From Candidatus Omnitrophota bacterium (GTDB lineage: Bacteria > Omnitrophota > Omnitrophia > Omnitrophales > Aquincolibacteriaceae), in the NCBI GenBank assembly GCA_043803685.1, contig JAZDJU010000103.1:1-64000 (forward strand): a DNA stretch of 64,000 nucleotides, given 5' to 3'. Under the pieces are notes generated by a model. It was not told where the DNA came from. It saw only the letters and a list, made by a program, of their open reading frames with translations, and made no database searches. Shown piece after piece: positions 20,823-31,776 of this stretch (position 1 is its first letter; the number at the start of each line of letters is the position of its first letter). The position numbers were made by a program, and so were the translations under genes.

Positions 20823-21417
20823 AAAAAGAAAAATATCCGCACCGCCGCTTGAGATAGGATCTCTCGTCCGGGGTTTGCGTCAAGAAAGGGGTTTGAGCGG
20901 AGTCGAGCTTTGTCGTCGCGGGAAAGGGATCGATCCCAAGACGCTTACGGCGCTTGAAAAAGGACGGATCCGGAATCCCTCGATGATCACTCTGGAAGCG
21001 CTCGCGAAGGGTTTTGGCATGAGCGTAAGCGACCTTTTCCGGAAGGCCGAGATCGAGCAACGGGATCATTTATTTTTGGGCTCTTCCAAGGGGTTCTGTA
21101 AGGTCGATCTTTCGTCCCGGGGGATCCAGCTGATCTCTTTTACCCCGCTCATGGAGGGACTTTTTTGCGGGAAGATGATCCTGGAAGGGCAAAAGCAATT
21201 CGATGAAACGCTTTTTGGGGGAGACGTTTGCGGTACTTTTTTTATCATGACGCTGATCGGACAGGTCGGGGGTCAGGTCGAAGGTCGCAAGGTAGTCCTC
21301 AAGGAGGGCGAGAATCTGTATCTTTACGGTGGAATGAAGTTTTGTTTGGGGAATGCCCTTCAGCGAAATTCCACATTGCTTTTGGTGACGGCGCCCTCGT
21401 GTCTGAAAGCGCACTGA
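20794..21417 (+). CDS. XRE-family HTH regulator with cupin domain
   Basis: LRQERGLS...LEKGRIRNPSMITLEALAKGF HTH; C-terminal cupin-like LKEGENLY. Confidence 0.8.
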   Translation: MPMPRRARSEKRKISAPPLEIGSLVRGLRQERGLSGVELCRRGKGIDPKTLTALEKGRIRNPSMITLEALAKGFGMSVSDLFRKAEIEQRDHLFLGSSKGFCKVDLSSRGIQLISFTPLMEGLFCGKMILEGQKQFDETLFGGDVCGTFFIMTLIGQVGGQVEGRKVVLKEGENLYLYGGMKFCLGNALQRNSTLLLVTAPSCLKAH

Positions 21418-21734
21418 GAAATTTGAAAGGCAAAGCCTTCATTTCCCCTGAGCACAAGGAGAGCTCTGAAGAAACGTTTTTGTCTTTTTAGGGGAAAACA
21501 TCCGAGGAACAGAACGATCTCTTACGGCGCTCAAGTGTCAGGTTAACAAAAGAACTTCTTTGCCGATAAATGAAGAGCTGTCCCAGTTTCGTTGGGCATG
21601 CGAAACGGTCCGGGGTCATCCTAATGGAAGCAGGGATGCCGTCGGGGTGTTCTTGCCAGTCGTTAGGCAGTAATTATTTATTGAACAAGGACGGTGGATT
21701 TTTCACTTAACCGTGGTAAAATGCCGCCACTACA

Positions 21735-23738
21735 ATGGTTATGAAAAAAACAACTTTTTCTCTTTCAGTGTTTCTTCTCGCCCTGGCTATGGGTGTGCCT
21801 CTTTCTTGGGGACAAGCCGCGGAAAGTTCAGTTCCCTCGGTCGGTATTTCAACAGTCTCTGAGGACAGAGCTGTTTCGAGCCCTGGGACTCAAAAGGCAT
21901 CGTGGTGGAAGCGCGTGGTATCCTCAGTTACGGGACGTGATCAGCATTCCCAGGTTTCAAGACCTAATGTCCAACCGGTTGCTCCCATAGTGACTTCGAT
22001 CAAGCCGGCTCCAGTGTCCGTTCAAGTGGAAGAACCTGTTGCCGCGCGTAAAGATGCTCCGAGCGCGAAGATCGAGATCGCAGCCGGGAAAGAACAGAAA
22101 AAAAAGGACAAGCGCCAAAAGAGCGATGACAAGGCTCGCGCCGAAGCGTTGGAGGAAGCCGTTGCACAGCAGGTGGAAGTGCTTCGGGCTGCGCGCGCGA
22201 AAGAGATGCCTTATTTAGACAAAGTTTATATTCAGACCAGTATTACGCCGTTTCATATTCAGCAAAAAGAGGAGTTTCTGGAAGGTGGAACCAAAGGTCT
22301 TCAGGACCTTATCGTTCGTGCGCAATCCGTTCATACCCAGGCCAAAGCCGCGCATGAAAATATCGCGCTCTATAACCGCCGCTCGCTTCTCGCCTTGAGG
22401 AAACTTTTTCCGGAAGCAACGTTCAATTTTAATGATCGTGAGGGTGTGCTGAACGGAAATCCCTTCGCGGGAGATGATTGGCACGTCACGCTCCGTCAAC
22501 CGATCTTTAACGGCGGGGTTCTTTGGAATACGTTCCTGCAGGAAAAATCCAATCTAGAGGCTGCCAAAAAACAATACGATAAGACGACGGCGGATCTCGT
22601 GTTCGATCTTTCGCGGGCTTATTTTGAATACCAGCGGGCCTTGCAGACTGCCGAGGAGCATCGTGCGGGAGTCGATAAAATGAAGCGTTTTGCGGAAATG
22701 TCCGAGGAAAAGTTTAATCAAAAACTTATTTCCGAGATCGAACGTTTAAATGTGGAATCCCTTTACAGCCAGATGCTCTTTGACCTTGAATCCGCGAATC
22801 AGGAGCTTGAGATCGCAAAGCTGGATCTTCAAAAATATCTGGACCTTTCCGTCAACGACCAGATCGCGCTTGCCAAGATCTACGATCTGGAGGATGTGGT
22901 TCAGGGACAGGCGATCCCCGCGGGGAGCGCGGCGGGGACGAAGACGCTTCCTGCCGTTTTTAAGGGCGAGCAAAAGGCGCCGGAACTTTCAAAGTTGATC
23001 GATCTTTCGTACGAACATCGGGCGGAACTTCAAGTGGAGGCGGCCAAACTCCAGGTGATGCGACTTGGGGAAAGGATCCGTTGGGGCGAGTTCCTGCCGA
23101 AGGCCAACTTGACCTATCAGTTCGGGGCGTTGGGCGAAGCGTATCTGAATCCGGGAGTTGCCTACGGCGGCAATTACAACGGAAAGAATGAACCCATCCT
23201 GAAAAAGGAATGGCAGCTCATGCTTGAAATGAATTGGAATGTCGGCGGGAACAAAGTGAATTATACTTTTAGCCGGGATCAAAAAGCGCCGTCCATTACG
23301 CAATTCGATCAGGCTTCCGGGTCCATGCTCCGGAAGAACGGCATGAGCTTTGGCGTTTTGGACGGGCTGGACGCTTTTGTGAACGTAAAACAGGCCGAGG
23401 TGGATAAGCTGAACCAGGTCGTGGAATTAGAGAAGGCCGAAAAGCAGGTGCTGCAGGATGTCAAGCAGGCCTATTATGATTATCAGAAATCCGTGATCCA
23501 GGTGAATTCGACGGTCAAACGTTTGGAGTATCGCAAGCGTTTGCGCGAATACGCGGAACACCGGTTGAGCAAAAAAGAAGTCGAGCTTTCCGAATATCTT
23601 CAGGCGGAGTCCGATCTCGTGCGTGAAAGAGCGGAGCTCCACAAAGCTCTCAAAGATTATTTTTCGGCGAAAGCGGCGCTGAATCATGCCGTGGGGATCC
23701 AGAATTTCTTCAGCATGGATAATCCTCAAAAGAAGTAG
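21735..23738 (+). CDS. TolC-family outer membrane protein with long N-terminal extension
   Basis: LRQPIFNGG, RAYFEY, EFLP and VKQAYY motifs; upstream of MFP and RND genes. Confidence 0.82.
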   Translation: MVMKKTTFSLSVFLLALAMGVPLSWGQAAESSVPSVGISTVSEDRAVSSPGTQKASWWKRVVSSVTGRDQHSQVSRPNVQPVAPIVTSIKPAPVSVQVEEPVAARKDAPSAKIEIAAGKEQKKKDKRQKSDDKARAEALEEAVAQQVEVLRAARAKEMPYLDKVYIQTSITPFHIQQKEEFLEGGTKGLQDLIVRAQSVHTQAKAAHENIALYNRRSLLALRKLFPEATFNFNDREGVLNGNPFAGDDWHVTLRQPIFNGGVLWNTFLQEKSNLEAAKKQYDKTTADLVFDLSRAYFEYQRALQTAEEHRAGVDKMKRFAEMSEEKFNQKLISEIERLNVESLYSQMLFDLESANQELEIAKLDLQKYLDLSVNDQIALAKIYDLEDVVQGQAIPAGSAAGTKTLPAVFKGEQKAPELSKLIDLSYEHRAELQVEAAKLQVMRLGERIRWGEFLPKANLTYQFGALGEAYLNPGVAYGGNYNGKNEPILKKEWQLMLEMNWNVGGNKVNYTFSRDQKAPSITQFDQASGSMLRKNGMSFGVLDGLDAFVNVKQAEVDKLNQVVELEKAEKQVLQDVKQAYYDYQKSVIQVNSTVKRLEYRKRLREYAEHRLSKKEVELSEYLQAESDLVRERAELHKALKDYFSAKAALNHAVGIQNFFSMDNPQKK

Positions 23739-23839
23739 GATACCGTTCCGGTGCCGATATATTCAGACGTGACCGCGACGAGAGTTGCTCTTGGAGCGAC
23801 AAAAGTTTCTTCATAGCAGGACTTTAATTGGAGTTTAAA

Positions 23840-25309
23840 ATGAATATAAGAAACGAAGAGAATCCCGAAAATCAGAAGCCGTCATTCCAGATCAAGGCCC
23901 CCGCTCCAGAAGGACGCGTCCCGAGTCCGTTCAAGGCGCCGGTGAAGCTGCCATTCCGGGTTCCCGAGAAAATAAAAGATCTTTGGTTTTCCCATCCCAA
24001 AGCACGGTGGGTCGTCATCGTGATCGTCGTAGGGGTCCTTTTGTTGGCGGTGAAGATGTTTTCGGGGAAGGCTAAGCCGGAAAAAATGTCTTTGAGCGAA
24101 ACGATGAAACAGCAGCAACAAGCCGCCAAAGACGCGCCGGTGGCGGTCAAAGGGTTTAAGGTGGGCCGGTTCAACTATGAGGATTCCATGAACGTTCTCG
24201 GAACCATCAAGGGGTCCATGGAGCTGAAGCTCAGTTTTGAGATCCCCGGTGTGATCAGTTCGATCAATTATAAGGAGGGGGAGCGTTATGAAGAAGGCGC
24301 TCTTCTCGTCTCTCTCAAACAGGATGACATTCTTCTGAGGCTGAAGCGGGCCCAGGCGGCCTTCAACAAGGCGGAGTCCCAGGCCAAAGTTACGGAGAAC
24401 GAAGTCGGCGAGAACGAAAAGCTTTTGAAGATGGGAGCGATCCCGCCGTCGACGGTGGAGAAAAAGAAATTGGAGATGGATGCCGCGAAATACGAGGCCG
24501 AGGCCCAGCGCCTTGAAATGAAAGCCAATGAGGCCATGCTCGAAAAGTCCAATCTTTACGCGCCGTCCTCCGGGATGTTGGGGGATCTGAATGTTGAGGA
24601 AGGAGAGAATGTCAGCCAGAGCACGTTGATCGGGACCCACATCAACACAGAGTTTGTTTACGCCGAGTTCGGGATCGTCGAGCGCGATGTCCAGAAGATC
24701 ACGCTGGGGCAGAAGGCCAAGGTTTTTGTGGACGCCTATCCGGACAAGACCTTTGAAGGAGTGATCGAAAACATTGCGCCCCAGATCTCGGGGACAAGCC
24801 GCACTTCCACGGCGAAGGTTCGCATTGAAAATCCGGAAGGACTTTTGATGCCGGGGATGTTTGCTCGCGTTCGCATCATGCTTTACAGCAAGAAAGATGC
24901 CCTGGTAGTGCCGACGGATGCGATCCAGGGGGGAGAGGGCGAAAAATTCGTTTTCATTATCAAGTTGCCCGAAGGATCTCCTTCCAAAGTCATCCAGCCC
25001 AAAGTCGCGGATGCGGCCATGGGGGGAGGTCTGGGTGCCATGGCAGCTTTGAGCTCCGGGGCCAAGGTGCCGGAAAAGACTGCGAAGGCCGAAAAAGGTG
25101 CCGGCAAGACGGTGTCCGAGAAAGAAACTTCGAAGATCGAGGAAGGTGTTGCCGAGAAGCGTCCGGTGACCGTGGGGTATACCCGCACCGACTATTCGCA
25201 GATCGACGCGGGCCTTACGGAAGGAGAGATCGTAGTCATGACCGGGTTCGAGAGACTGGAGGATGGAAAGAAGATCCGTTTGATCGAAACCCAAGAAGCC
25301 GAGCTTTAG
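23840..25309 (+). CDS. RND periplasmic adaptor (MFP)
   Basis: TM anchor; APSSG, VDAYPDKTFEG, NPEGLLMPGMF, VVPTDAI and GLTEGE motifs. Confidence 0.9.
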   Translation: MNIRNEENPENQKPSFQIKAPAPEGRVPSPFKAPVKLPFRVPEKIKDLWFSHPKARWVVIVIVVGVLLLAVKMFSGKAKPEKMSLSETMKQQQQAAKDAPVAVKGFKVGRFNYEDSMNVLGTIKGSMELKLSFEIPGVISSINYKEGERYEEGALLVSLKQDDILLRLKRAQAAFNKAESQAKVTENEVGENEKLLKMGAIPPSTVEKKKLEMDAAKYEAEAQRLEMKANEAMLEKSNLYAPSSGMLGDLNVEEGENVSQSTLIGTHINTEFVYAEFGIVERDVQKITLGQKAKVFVDAYPDKTFEGVIENIAPQISGTSRTSTAKVRIENPEGLLMPGMFARVRIMLYSKKDALVVPTDAIQGGEGEKFVFIIKLPEGSPSKVIQPKVADAAMGGGLGAMAALSSGAKVPEKTAKAEKGAGKTVSEKETSKIEEGVAEKRPVTVGYTRTDYSQIDAGLTEGEIVVMTGFERLEDGKKIRLIETQEAEL

Positions 25310-25354
25310 CTCTATGCGGATGAACGAAAGTCTCCGCAGAATGATGCCTTCCCG

Positions 25355-28300
25355 ATGAGTCTCCCCGAATTCGCCATCAAGAAAAAAGTCACGATCTACA
25401 TGTTCACGCTCGGGCTGATCCTCCTGGGCGTTCTTGCGTTCAAGCGTCTTCCTCAGGACCTTTTTCCGCCGATCACGTTCCCGCAGGTCACGATCGTCAC
25501 TGATTATTCGAATGCGGCACCCGAGGAGATCGAAACACTCATCACGCGCGTCGTCGAAGAAGCGATCGGGTCGGTGGCGGGACTCAAGCGCATTGAATCC
25601 GTTTCGCGTGAGGGCCGCAGCACCATCATGGCTTCCTTCAATTGGGGGCAGGATATTGATTTCGCGGCCCTGGCCATCCGCGAAAAGGTCGATCTCATCA
25701 AGGAACGGCTTCCCAAAGAGGCCGAGGATCCGGTGGTTCTGAAATTCGATCCGCTCGCCCGTCCGATCCTTCTGCTTTCTGTCACCGCTCCGGACCTTGC
25801 TCCCGTGCGTATGAAACTTCTGACCGAAAAAATGGTCAAAGACCGTCTTGAAAAAGTGGAGGGGGTTGCTTCGGTTAGCCTTTCGGGAGGCGTGAACCGT
25901 GAGATCCTGGTGGAGATCGACCAGCCGCGTCTTCAGGCAAACCATCTTTCGCTTCTGGAGGTTGTCAATTCGCTCGATGAAGCCAATGTGTCCTATCCGG
26001 CCGGGAGCATCAAGAAAGGTCTTTATGAATATTTGATCCGGACAGTCGGGGATTTCCGCTCGCCTGCCGAGATCGGATTCGCGGTGGTCGGGGTAGACAA
26101 CGTGGAAAAGCTCCGGCGCGAAGATGTGAGTTTTGTCGAACGCGATACGAGCGAAGGCCCTCGCCAGACGATCGAAAGATCACGGGGAGAAGTTGAAAAG
26201 CAGATGCTTGAGAAGCGTCTGGTGACCGTCAAGGATATCGGGTCTGTGGTGGACGGACTCGCGGACAAGACCAGTATTTCCCGCTATAACGGGGCGCAGA
26301 ATATTTCCGTGGCGATCCAGAAGCAATCGAACGCGAACACGATCCAGGTCGTGAACCAACTTCGCAAGGAGCTGAAGTTCCTCGAAGAAGACCTGAATTC
26401 ACGCGGGCTTCAGGTCAAGATCATTTATGACCACTCCATTTTTATCCGCAACACGATCGAGAACCTGGCTCATGAAGCTATGCAGGGCGGCATTTTGGCC
26501 CTGATCACGCTTTACATCTACCTTCGCGCGATCGCCATGTCCGTCCTGGTGGTCGTGTCGCTCCCCCTGACCATTCTGGGCGTGTTCTTCCTGATGGGCA
26601 TGGCGCATGTCACGGTGAACATCATGTCCCTCGGAGGGCTCGCGATCGCCATCGGCATGATCACGGATACCAGTATCGTGGTGTTGGAGAACGTGTTCCG
26701 CAAACGCCAGGAGGGCGCCGACGCGGAGCGTGGAGCGATCGACGGCGCTACCGAGGTCGTGTGGCCCGTGGTGTCTTCCAACCTGACCACGATCGCCGTT
26801 TTTTTCCCGCTGATCGTATTTGTGCCGGGCGTTGCGGGACAGATCTTCAAGGATCTTGCCTGGGCGATCATTTTTTCCCAGATCATTTCGACCTTTGTTC
26901 CGCTGACCCTGATCGCGCTCCTTTCCACTTACGTGACGGTCAATCAGCAGGAATACAAGCCCATCAGCCTTACGGGTGATCTGGACAAAAAGATCATGGC
27001 GATGCCCACGAGTGGGGAACAGAATCGTTTTATGATCGGGATCCTGCTTACGGCGTTCCTAGTGCTTTCCTCGACCTTTCTGATCGTGCCGACGATCGAT
27101 CGTGAGGTCCTGCCCAAGGTGGACCAGGGGCAGTTCTACGTGAAGGTCGACATGCCGCTCGGGACGCGGCTCAATGTCACGGATGACGTTTGCAAGCGCT
27201 TGGAGGAAGTGTTGCGTTCGGAAGATGCCGTTCAGGATATTTCCGTTGCGATCGGAAGTGAAAAAACAAGCCGCGGCGAGATCAAGATCGAGACCCTCCG
27301 GCCTTCTCAGGCGCTCATTCTGGTGACGCTCGACAAGGAAAGGAAAAAGCCTTCGGCGAAGATCGTCGCTTCTCTTAAAGAGAAGATCGCGGCGATCAAT
27401 TTCGAGAAGGATGATGCGAAGGTCGAGTTCGTGCTCCAGGAGAGCGAATTCTCCGTGGGCGCCGGGAGTATCAAGCCGATCTTGATCGAAGCGAAGGGCT
27501 ATGATTTTAAGGCCATGGAAGCTCTTGTGATGCGGCTCAAGGAGCGTCTGGGCGCGATCCCCGGGATCATCAATATTCAGGATGACATTGGGGAGAAAAC
27601 GCCCGAAACAAAACTGCAGATCAATAAAAAACGGGCGGCGCTTTATGGGGTTTCCGCGATGGACATTTCGCTCACGGCGAAGGCGGCCATTGAAGGCGTG
27701 GTGGCAACCCAGTATCGCGAGGCCGGCCGGGAGATCGACGTGCGGGTCCGGTTAAGCGATAAAGACAAAGAAAATATCAGCAACCTCGGGACGCTCCTCC
27801 TCTATTCCAAGGTGCTGGACATTCACGTCCCTTTGAAAGAGATCGCCCAGGTCGATCGCGGGGAAGGGCCGAGCGAGATACGGCGCATGGACCAGGAACG
27901 CACCGTGACCATTTCGGCCGAGATCAGCAAGTCCCGCCAGGACAAGGATGTGCTCTCCGATGTTCAGAAGTTCCTTTCGAGCCTGAAGGTTCCCGACGAT
28001 ATTCCTCAGGATTTCCAGGTCCGGCTTTCCGGTAAGGCCAAGGAGATCAAAGAGAATTTCGGAGGCGTCATTTTCGCGTTCGCGCTTGCCATTATGCTCG
28101 TCTATATGATCATGGCCGCCCAGTTCGAGTCGTTCCTGCAGCCTTTGATCATCATGGTGACGGTGCCGCTTTCTTTCGGGGGCGCGCTCATCGCCTTGAA
28201 GGTGACCGGAAATTCTTTCAACGTGATCTCGCTTTTGGGTCTGGTGCTTCTGGGAGGCGTGGTCGTGGGGAACGGGATCGTGCTGATGGAGTACATCAAT

Positions 28301-28612
28301 CAGCTCCGTTCGGAAGGCAAGGAAATGGTGGCCGCCGTGTGGGAATCTGTGCGCACAAGAACGCGGCCCGTGCTGATGTCGTCCACCACCACCATCATGG
28401 GCATGCTTCCGATCGCTCTCGGGCTGGGGGAAGGCGGCGGGCTCTTGGCGCCTCTTGCCGTGACGGCCATGGGCGGTCTTTTCTCTTCCACGGTGCTGAC
28501 TCTGATCGTGCTTCCGTGTTTTTATATCATCGTGAACCGGGCCATGGAGAAATACCTCGGTTATGAAGAAGAGATCGTCGAAGAAGGTCCCCCAACTCCC
28601 CCCTTGGTCTGA
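25355..28612 (+). CDS. RND transporter permease subunit (AcrB-like) 1
   Basis: 1085 aa; APEEIETLIT, NIMSLGGL, QFESFLQPLII and RTRPVLM motifs. Confidence 0.92.
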   Translation: MSLPEFAIKKKVTIYMFTLGLILLGVLAFKRLPQDLFPPITFPQVTIVTDYSNAAPEEIETLITRVVEEAIGSVAGLKRIESVSREGRSTIMASFNWGQDIDFAALAIREKVDLIKERLPKEAEDPVVLKFDPLARPILLLSVTAPDLAPVRMKLLTEKMVKDRLEKVEGVASVSLSGGVNREILVEIDQPRLQANHLSLLEVVNSLDEANVSYPAGSIKKGLYEYLIRTVGDFRSPAEIGFAVVGVDNVEKLRREDVSFVERDTSEGPRQTIERSRGEVEKQMLEKRLVTVKDIGSVVDGLADKTSISRYNGAQNISVAIQKQSNANTIQVVNQLRKELKFLEEDLNSRGLQVKIIYDHSIFIRNTIENLAHEAMQGGILALITLYIYLRAIAMSVLVVVSLPLTILGVFFLMGMAHVTVNIMSLGGLAIAIGMITDTSIVVLENVFRKRQEGADAERGAIDGATEVVWPVVSSNLTTIAVFFPLIVFVPGVAGQIFKDLAWAIIFSQIISTFVPLTLIALLSTYVTVNQQEYKPISLTGDLDKKIMAMPTSGEQNRFMIGILLTAFLVLSSTFLIVPTIDREVLPKVDQGQFYVKVDMPLGTRLNVTDDVCKRLEEVLRSEDAVQDISVAIGSEKTSRGEIKIETLRPSQALILVTLDKERKKPSAKIVASLKEKIAAINFEKDDAKVEFVLQESEFSVGAGSIKPILIEAKGYDFKAMEALVMRLKERLGAIPGIINIQDDIGEKTPETKLQINKKRAALYGVSAMDISLTAKAAIEGVVATQYREAGREIDVRVRLSDKDKENISNLGTLLLYSKVLDIHVPLKEIAQVDRGEGPSEIRRMDQERTVTISAEISKSRQDKDVLSDVQKFLSSLKVPDDIPQDFQVRLSGKAKEIKENFGGVIFAFALAIMLVYMIMAAQFESFLQPLIIMVTVPLSFGGALIALKVTGNSFNVISLLGLVLLGGVVVGNGIVLMEYINQLRSEGKEMVAAVWESVRTRTRPVLMSSTTTIMGMLPIALGLGEGGGLLAPLAVTAMGGLFSSTVLTLIVLPCFYIIVNRAMEKYLGYEEEIVEEGPPTPPLV

Positions 28613-28614
28613 TC

Positions 28615-31600
28615 ATGGGACTCCCTAGTTTTTCGCTGAAACGTCCTGTTTTTACCGCCATCCTTTTTGCCGGGGTCATGGTGATCGGCATTATCTCCCT
28701 CATGCGTCTGAAGGTCGAACTCTACCAAGGACAAAGCCAAGGGATCATCTCGATCGTGGTGCGCGCCCGCGGCGGATTGCCTTCCCAAGATGTCGAAAAG
28801 ATGATCACCAAGCCCATCGAAGAAGCCATTGGGACCGTGAGCCACATGAAGAGCCTCTATTCCAGTTCGCGCGAGGCGGAGTCCCGCGTCACGATGGAGT
28901 TCGATGCCGGGACCGACATGAAGTTTGCCGCGCTCGAGGTCCGTGAAAAATTCGCGCGCGTGAAGCCGATCCTTCCCAAGGAGATTGAAAAACCCGTGAT
29001 CGCCAATTACGACGACGCGCAGGCGGCCATCATGGTGTTCGCGGTGACTTCCGAGAGCATGGCGCCGGAAGAGATCCGTGAGATGGTGGATATCAAGCTC
29101 AAGCCTGTCATCAGCCGTGTCGACGGGGTCGCGAGCGTGGAAGTTTACGGAGGGAGGGAGCGCAAGATCCTGGTGGAACTGGATCGCGACAAGATGGTGG
29201 CCTACAACATCTCGATCGAGCGAGTGATGGACGTGCTCGGGCAGAGCAACATCAACCTTCTTGCCGGGAACGTCGAGACCGGGAAATTCGAATACGCGGT
29301 CCGGAGCATGGGCTCTTTCCTTACGGTGGACGAGGTCGGGGATATTGGCGTCAAGGCGACCCGCCAAGGGTCCATTATTCCGCTGAAGGAGATCGGAACC
29401 ATCAAGGACTCCTATCTTGAGGCCACGGACCAGGCGCGCCTCAATCTGGAGCAGAACGTCACGGTTTATGTCAAAAAATCGAGCATGGCCAATACCCTGG
29501 ATGTCGCGAAGGATCTCAATAGGGTTCTGGACATGTTCGAGGTGGAGAATAAGGAGCACGTCAAGATCGTGCTCGTGAATGACCGGGCGGAGACCATCGC
29601 GCGCGCGATCGACGACGTGAAGGGAGCCCTTTACCTGGGACTGGTCCTGACGATGGGCGTTATTTATATTTTTATCCGCAACTGGATCCTGGCGGCCATC
29701 ATTTTGGTCGTGATCCCGTGCTCCCTGATCGTGACCTTTGTTTTCATGGCGGCCTTTGGCATCAGCATCAATGTCATGACCTTGAGCGGGTTGTCGCTTG
29801 CGATCGGTATCCTGGTCGACACGGCGGTCGTGATCATGGAGAATATCTTCTCCAAAAAGGAGAAAGGTTTCGACGACATGCAGGCCATCCGGGAAGGGAG
29901 CGAAGAGGTCTGGCTTCCGCTCTTGACGTCCCTTTTGACGATGCTCGTGGTGTTCATGCCGATCGTTTTTATCGACAAGACGGTTCAGCTGACGTACGGC
30001 GGCTTCGCTTTCACGATCAGCATCTCTCTTATCGCATCCTTTTTTTCGGCCCTCATGCTGATCCCGATGCTGATCCACCGGTTCGGGACTGCGGCGCTAA
30101 ACGCTCATGGCAAGAATACCGCGAGTGCCTTTATGGAAAAGGCGCGCAGCAAATATGTGAACGCTATTCGCTGGTGCATTACCTGGCGGTGGAAGGTGGT
30201 GCCAGCTGTTTTTGGAGTATGTTTCTTTGCGATCTTCATGCTGGTGCGTACGCCGATCGACTGGCCGTCTTCTTTTGAAGAGAACGAATTTGCGGTCATC
30301 ACCTTTCCGTTGGCGGGCGCGCGCCTGGAATCGAACGATGAGGCCATGAAAAAACTGGAAGAGATCCTCTCGAAGATCCCGGACATCACTCTTTTTTCGA
30401 CGACGGTCTCCAAAGACGACCTCCGGCTCTTTGTCCGGTTGAAACCCGCCCGCAAGCGCCAGTACTCCAAGGATGAGATCATGAAGATCATCGACGAGCA
30501 AGGGAACGCCGCGGTCAAGGAGATCCACAGCGATTACAGCCTGATCGTCGACGAAGGGGCCGGCTCTTCCGAGCAGAAAAAACTCGTGGTGAATCTTTAT
30601 GGCCAGGATGGGGACGAGCTTGAAAAACTTGCCAAGGAATTCGCGAACCGGATGTCCAAGGTGGATGGTTTGACCAATCTTGTCATGACGGACCTTCGTA
30701 AACGTCCGGAGTACTCACTCGTCGTGGATAAGGGAAAATCCGCCATGTACGGGCTGAGCGTCAAAACGGTCGCCGACAGCATGCATGCCCAGGTCCGGGG
30801 AATGAGGCCCACAAAATTCCATGAGCTCTCCAAAGGGGAAGAGATCGAGACCATCACGCGTCTTCAGGCCATTTACCGGCAAAAGCTCGATGACCTGGGG
30901 CAGGTTTATATCCAGACCCAAGAGTCCCGGCAGATCCCGCTAAGCGAGATCGCGAATTTTCATCCTTCGACCGGTCCGCAAACCATTGATCGCAAGGACA
31001 AACACCGTTATGTGTTCGTCAAGGGGGACGTGAAACGGCCGATAGAAAAGATAGCGGTGGATGTCAAAAAGGTCCTGAAGGACGTGAAGCTTCCGGACGA
31101 TTATTACTGGCGGTTCGGCGGCGGATACGAAGAGCTCATGGAAAGCAAATCCCAGTTGGCGGTCGCTCTCCTGATCACGGTCTTTCTGGTCTATATGGTC
31201 ATGGCCTGTCTTTTTGAAAATTACCTTTATCCGTTCCTGATCATGATCAAGATATTGCTTAATTTTATCGGAATCTGGATCGCGTTGGCGATCACGCATA
31301 AGCCGCTCAGTACCCAGGTCTTTATCGGGATGATCATGCTTGCGGGATATTCGGTGAACGCGGCGATCCTTTTGGTGGATCACGCCCTCCATCTTCCCGA
31401 GGATCAAAGCAAAATGGAGCGTTTTATCCAGGCAGGGGTGGACCGGTTGCGTCCGATCCTGATGACTGCTATTGCCGCCATCCTGGGTTTTGTGCCGATG
31501 GCGATGAGCTTTGGACAGGCGAGCGATCTTTGGTCCCCCTTGGCGGTGACGATCATCGGGGGATTGGTCAGCTCCACGATCTTGATCCTTTTTGTCCTTC

Positions 31601-31704
31601 CGGCTCTTGTCGTGATCACCGACGACATTCGGGAGATGATGAAAGTCTTTTTTTGGGGCGTATCGAGCAAGATGCGTACCATGCCTGCGAATCGAACAGT
31701 CTAG
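28615..31704 (+). CDS. RND transporter permease subunit (AcrB-like) 2
   Basis: 1029 aa; TKPIEEA, NVMTLSGL, RLRPILMT and PLAVTIIGGL motifs. Confidence 0.92.
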   Translation: MGLPSFSLKRPVFTAILFAGVMVIGIISLMRLKVELYQGQSQGIISIVVRARGGLPSQDVEKMITKPIEEAIGTVSHMKSLYSSSREAESRVTMEFDAGTDMKFAALEVREKFARVKPILPKEIEKPVIANYDDAQAAIMVFAVTSESMAPEEIREMVDIKLKPVISRVDGVASVEVYGGRERKILVELDRDKMVAYNISIERVMDVLGQSNINLLAGNVETGKFEYAVRSMGSFLTVDEVGDIGVKATRQGSIIPLKEIGTIKDSYLEATDQARLNLEQNVTVYVKKSSMANTLDVAKDLNRVLDMFEVENKEHVKIVLVNDRAETIARAIDDVKGALYLGLVLTMGVIYIFIRNWILAAIILVVIPCSLIVTFVFMAAFGISINVMTLSGLSLAIGILVDTAVVIMENIFSKKEKGFDDMQAIREGSEEVWLPLLTSLLTMLVVFMPIVFIDKTVQLTYGGFAFTISISLIASFFSALMLIPMLIHRFGTAALNAHGKNTASAFMEKARSKYVNAIRWCITWRWKVVPAVFGVCFFAIFMLVRTPIDWPSSFEENEFAVITFPLAGARLESNDEAMKKLEEILSKIPDITLFSTTVSKDDLRLFVRLKPARKRQYSKDEIMKIIDEQGNAAVKEIHSDYSLIVDEGAGSSEQKKLVVNLYGQDGDELEKLAKEFANRMSKVDGLTNLVMTDLRKRPEYSLVVDKGKSAMYGLSVKTVADSMHAQVRGMRPTKFHELSKGEEIETITRLQAIYRQKLDDLGQVYIQTQESRQIPLSEIANFHPSTGPQTIDRKDKHRYVFVKGDVKRPIEKIAVDVKKVLKDVKLPDDYYWRFGGGYEELMESKSQLAVALLITVFLVYMVMACLFENYLYPFLIMIKILLNFIGIWIALAITHKPLSTQVFIGMIMLAGYSVNAAILLVDHALHLPEDQSKMERFIQAGVDRLRPILMTAIAAILGFVPMAMSFGQASDLWSPLAVTIIGGLVSSTILILFVLPALVVITDDIREMMKVFFWGVSSKMRTMPANRTV

Positions 31705-31776
31705 AGTTATCAGCTATTAATTTAACAAACAACATCACTGCCGTTCCTTGTGAGGGGCGGACAAAGGAGATATCTT

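Noticed and set aside
21418..21734. Riboswitch or ncRNA upstream of the TolC gene
   Set aside because: Only short hairpins; no recognisable consensus
23882..25945. 687-aa minus-strand ORF (also 28561..30078, 53229..55328 and similar)
   Set aside because: Antisense shadows of well-supported RND, MFP and MMPL genes in GC-rich coding DNA
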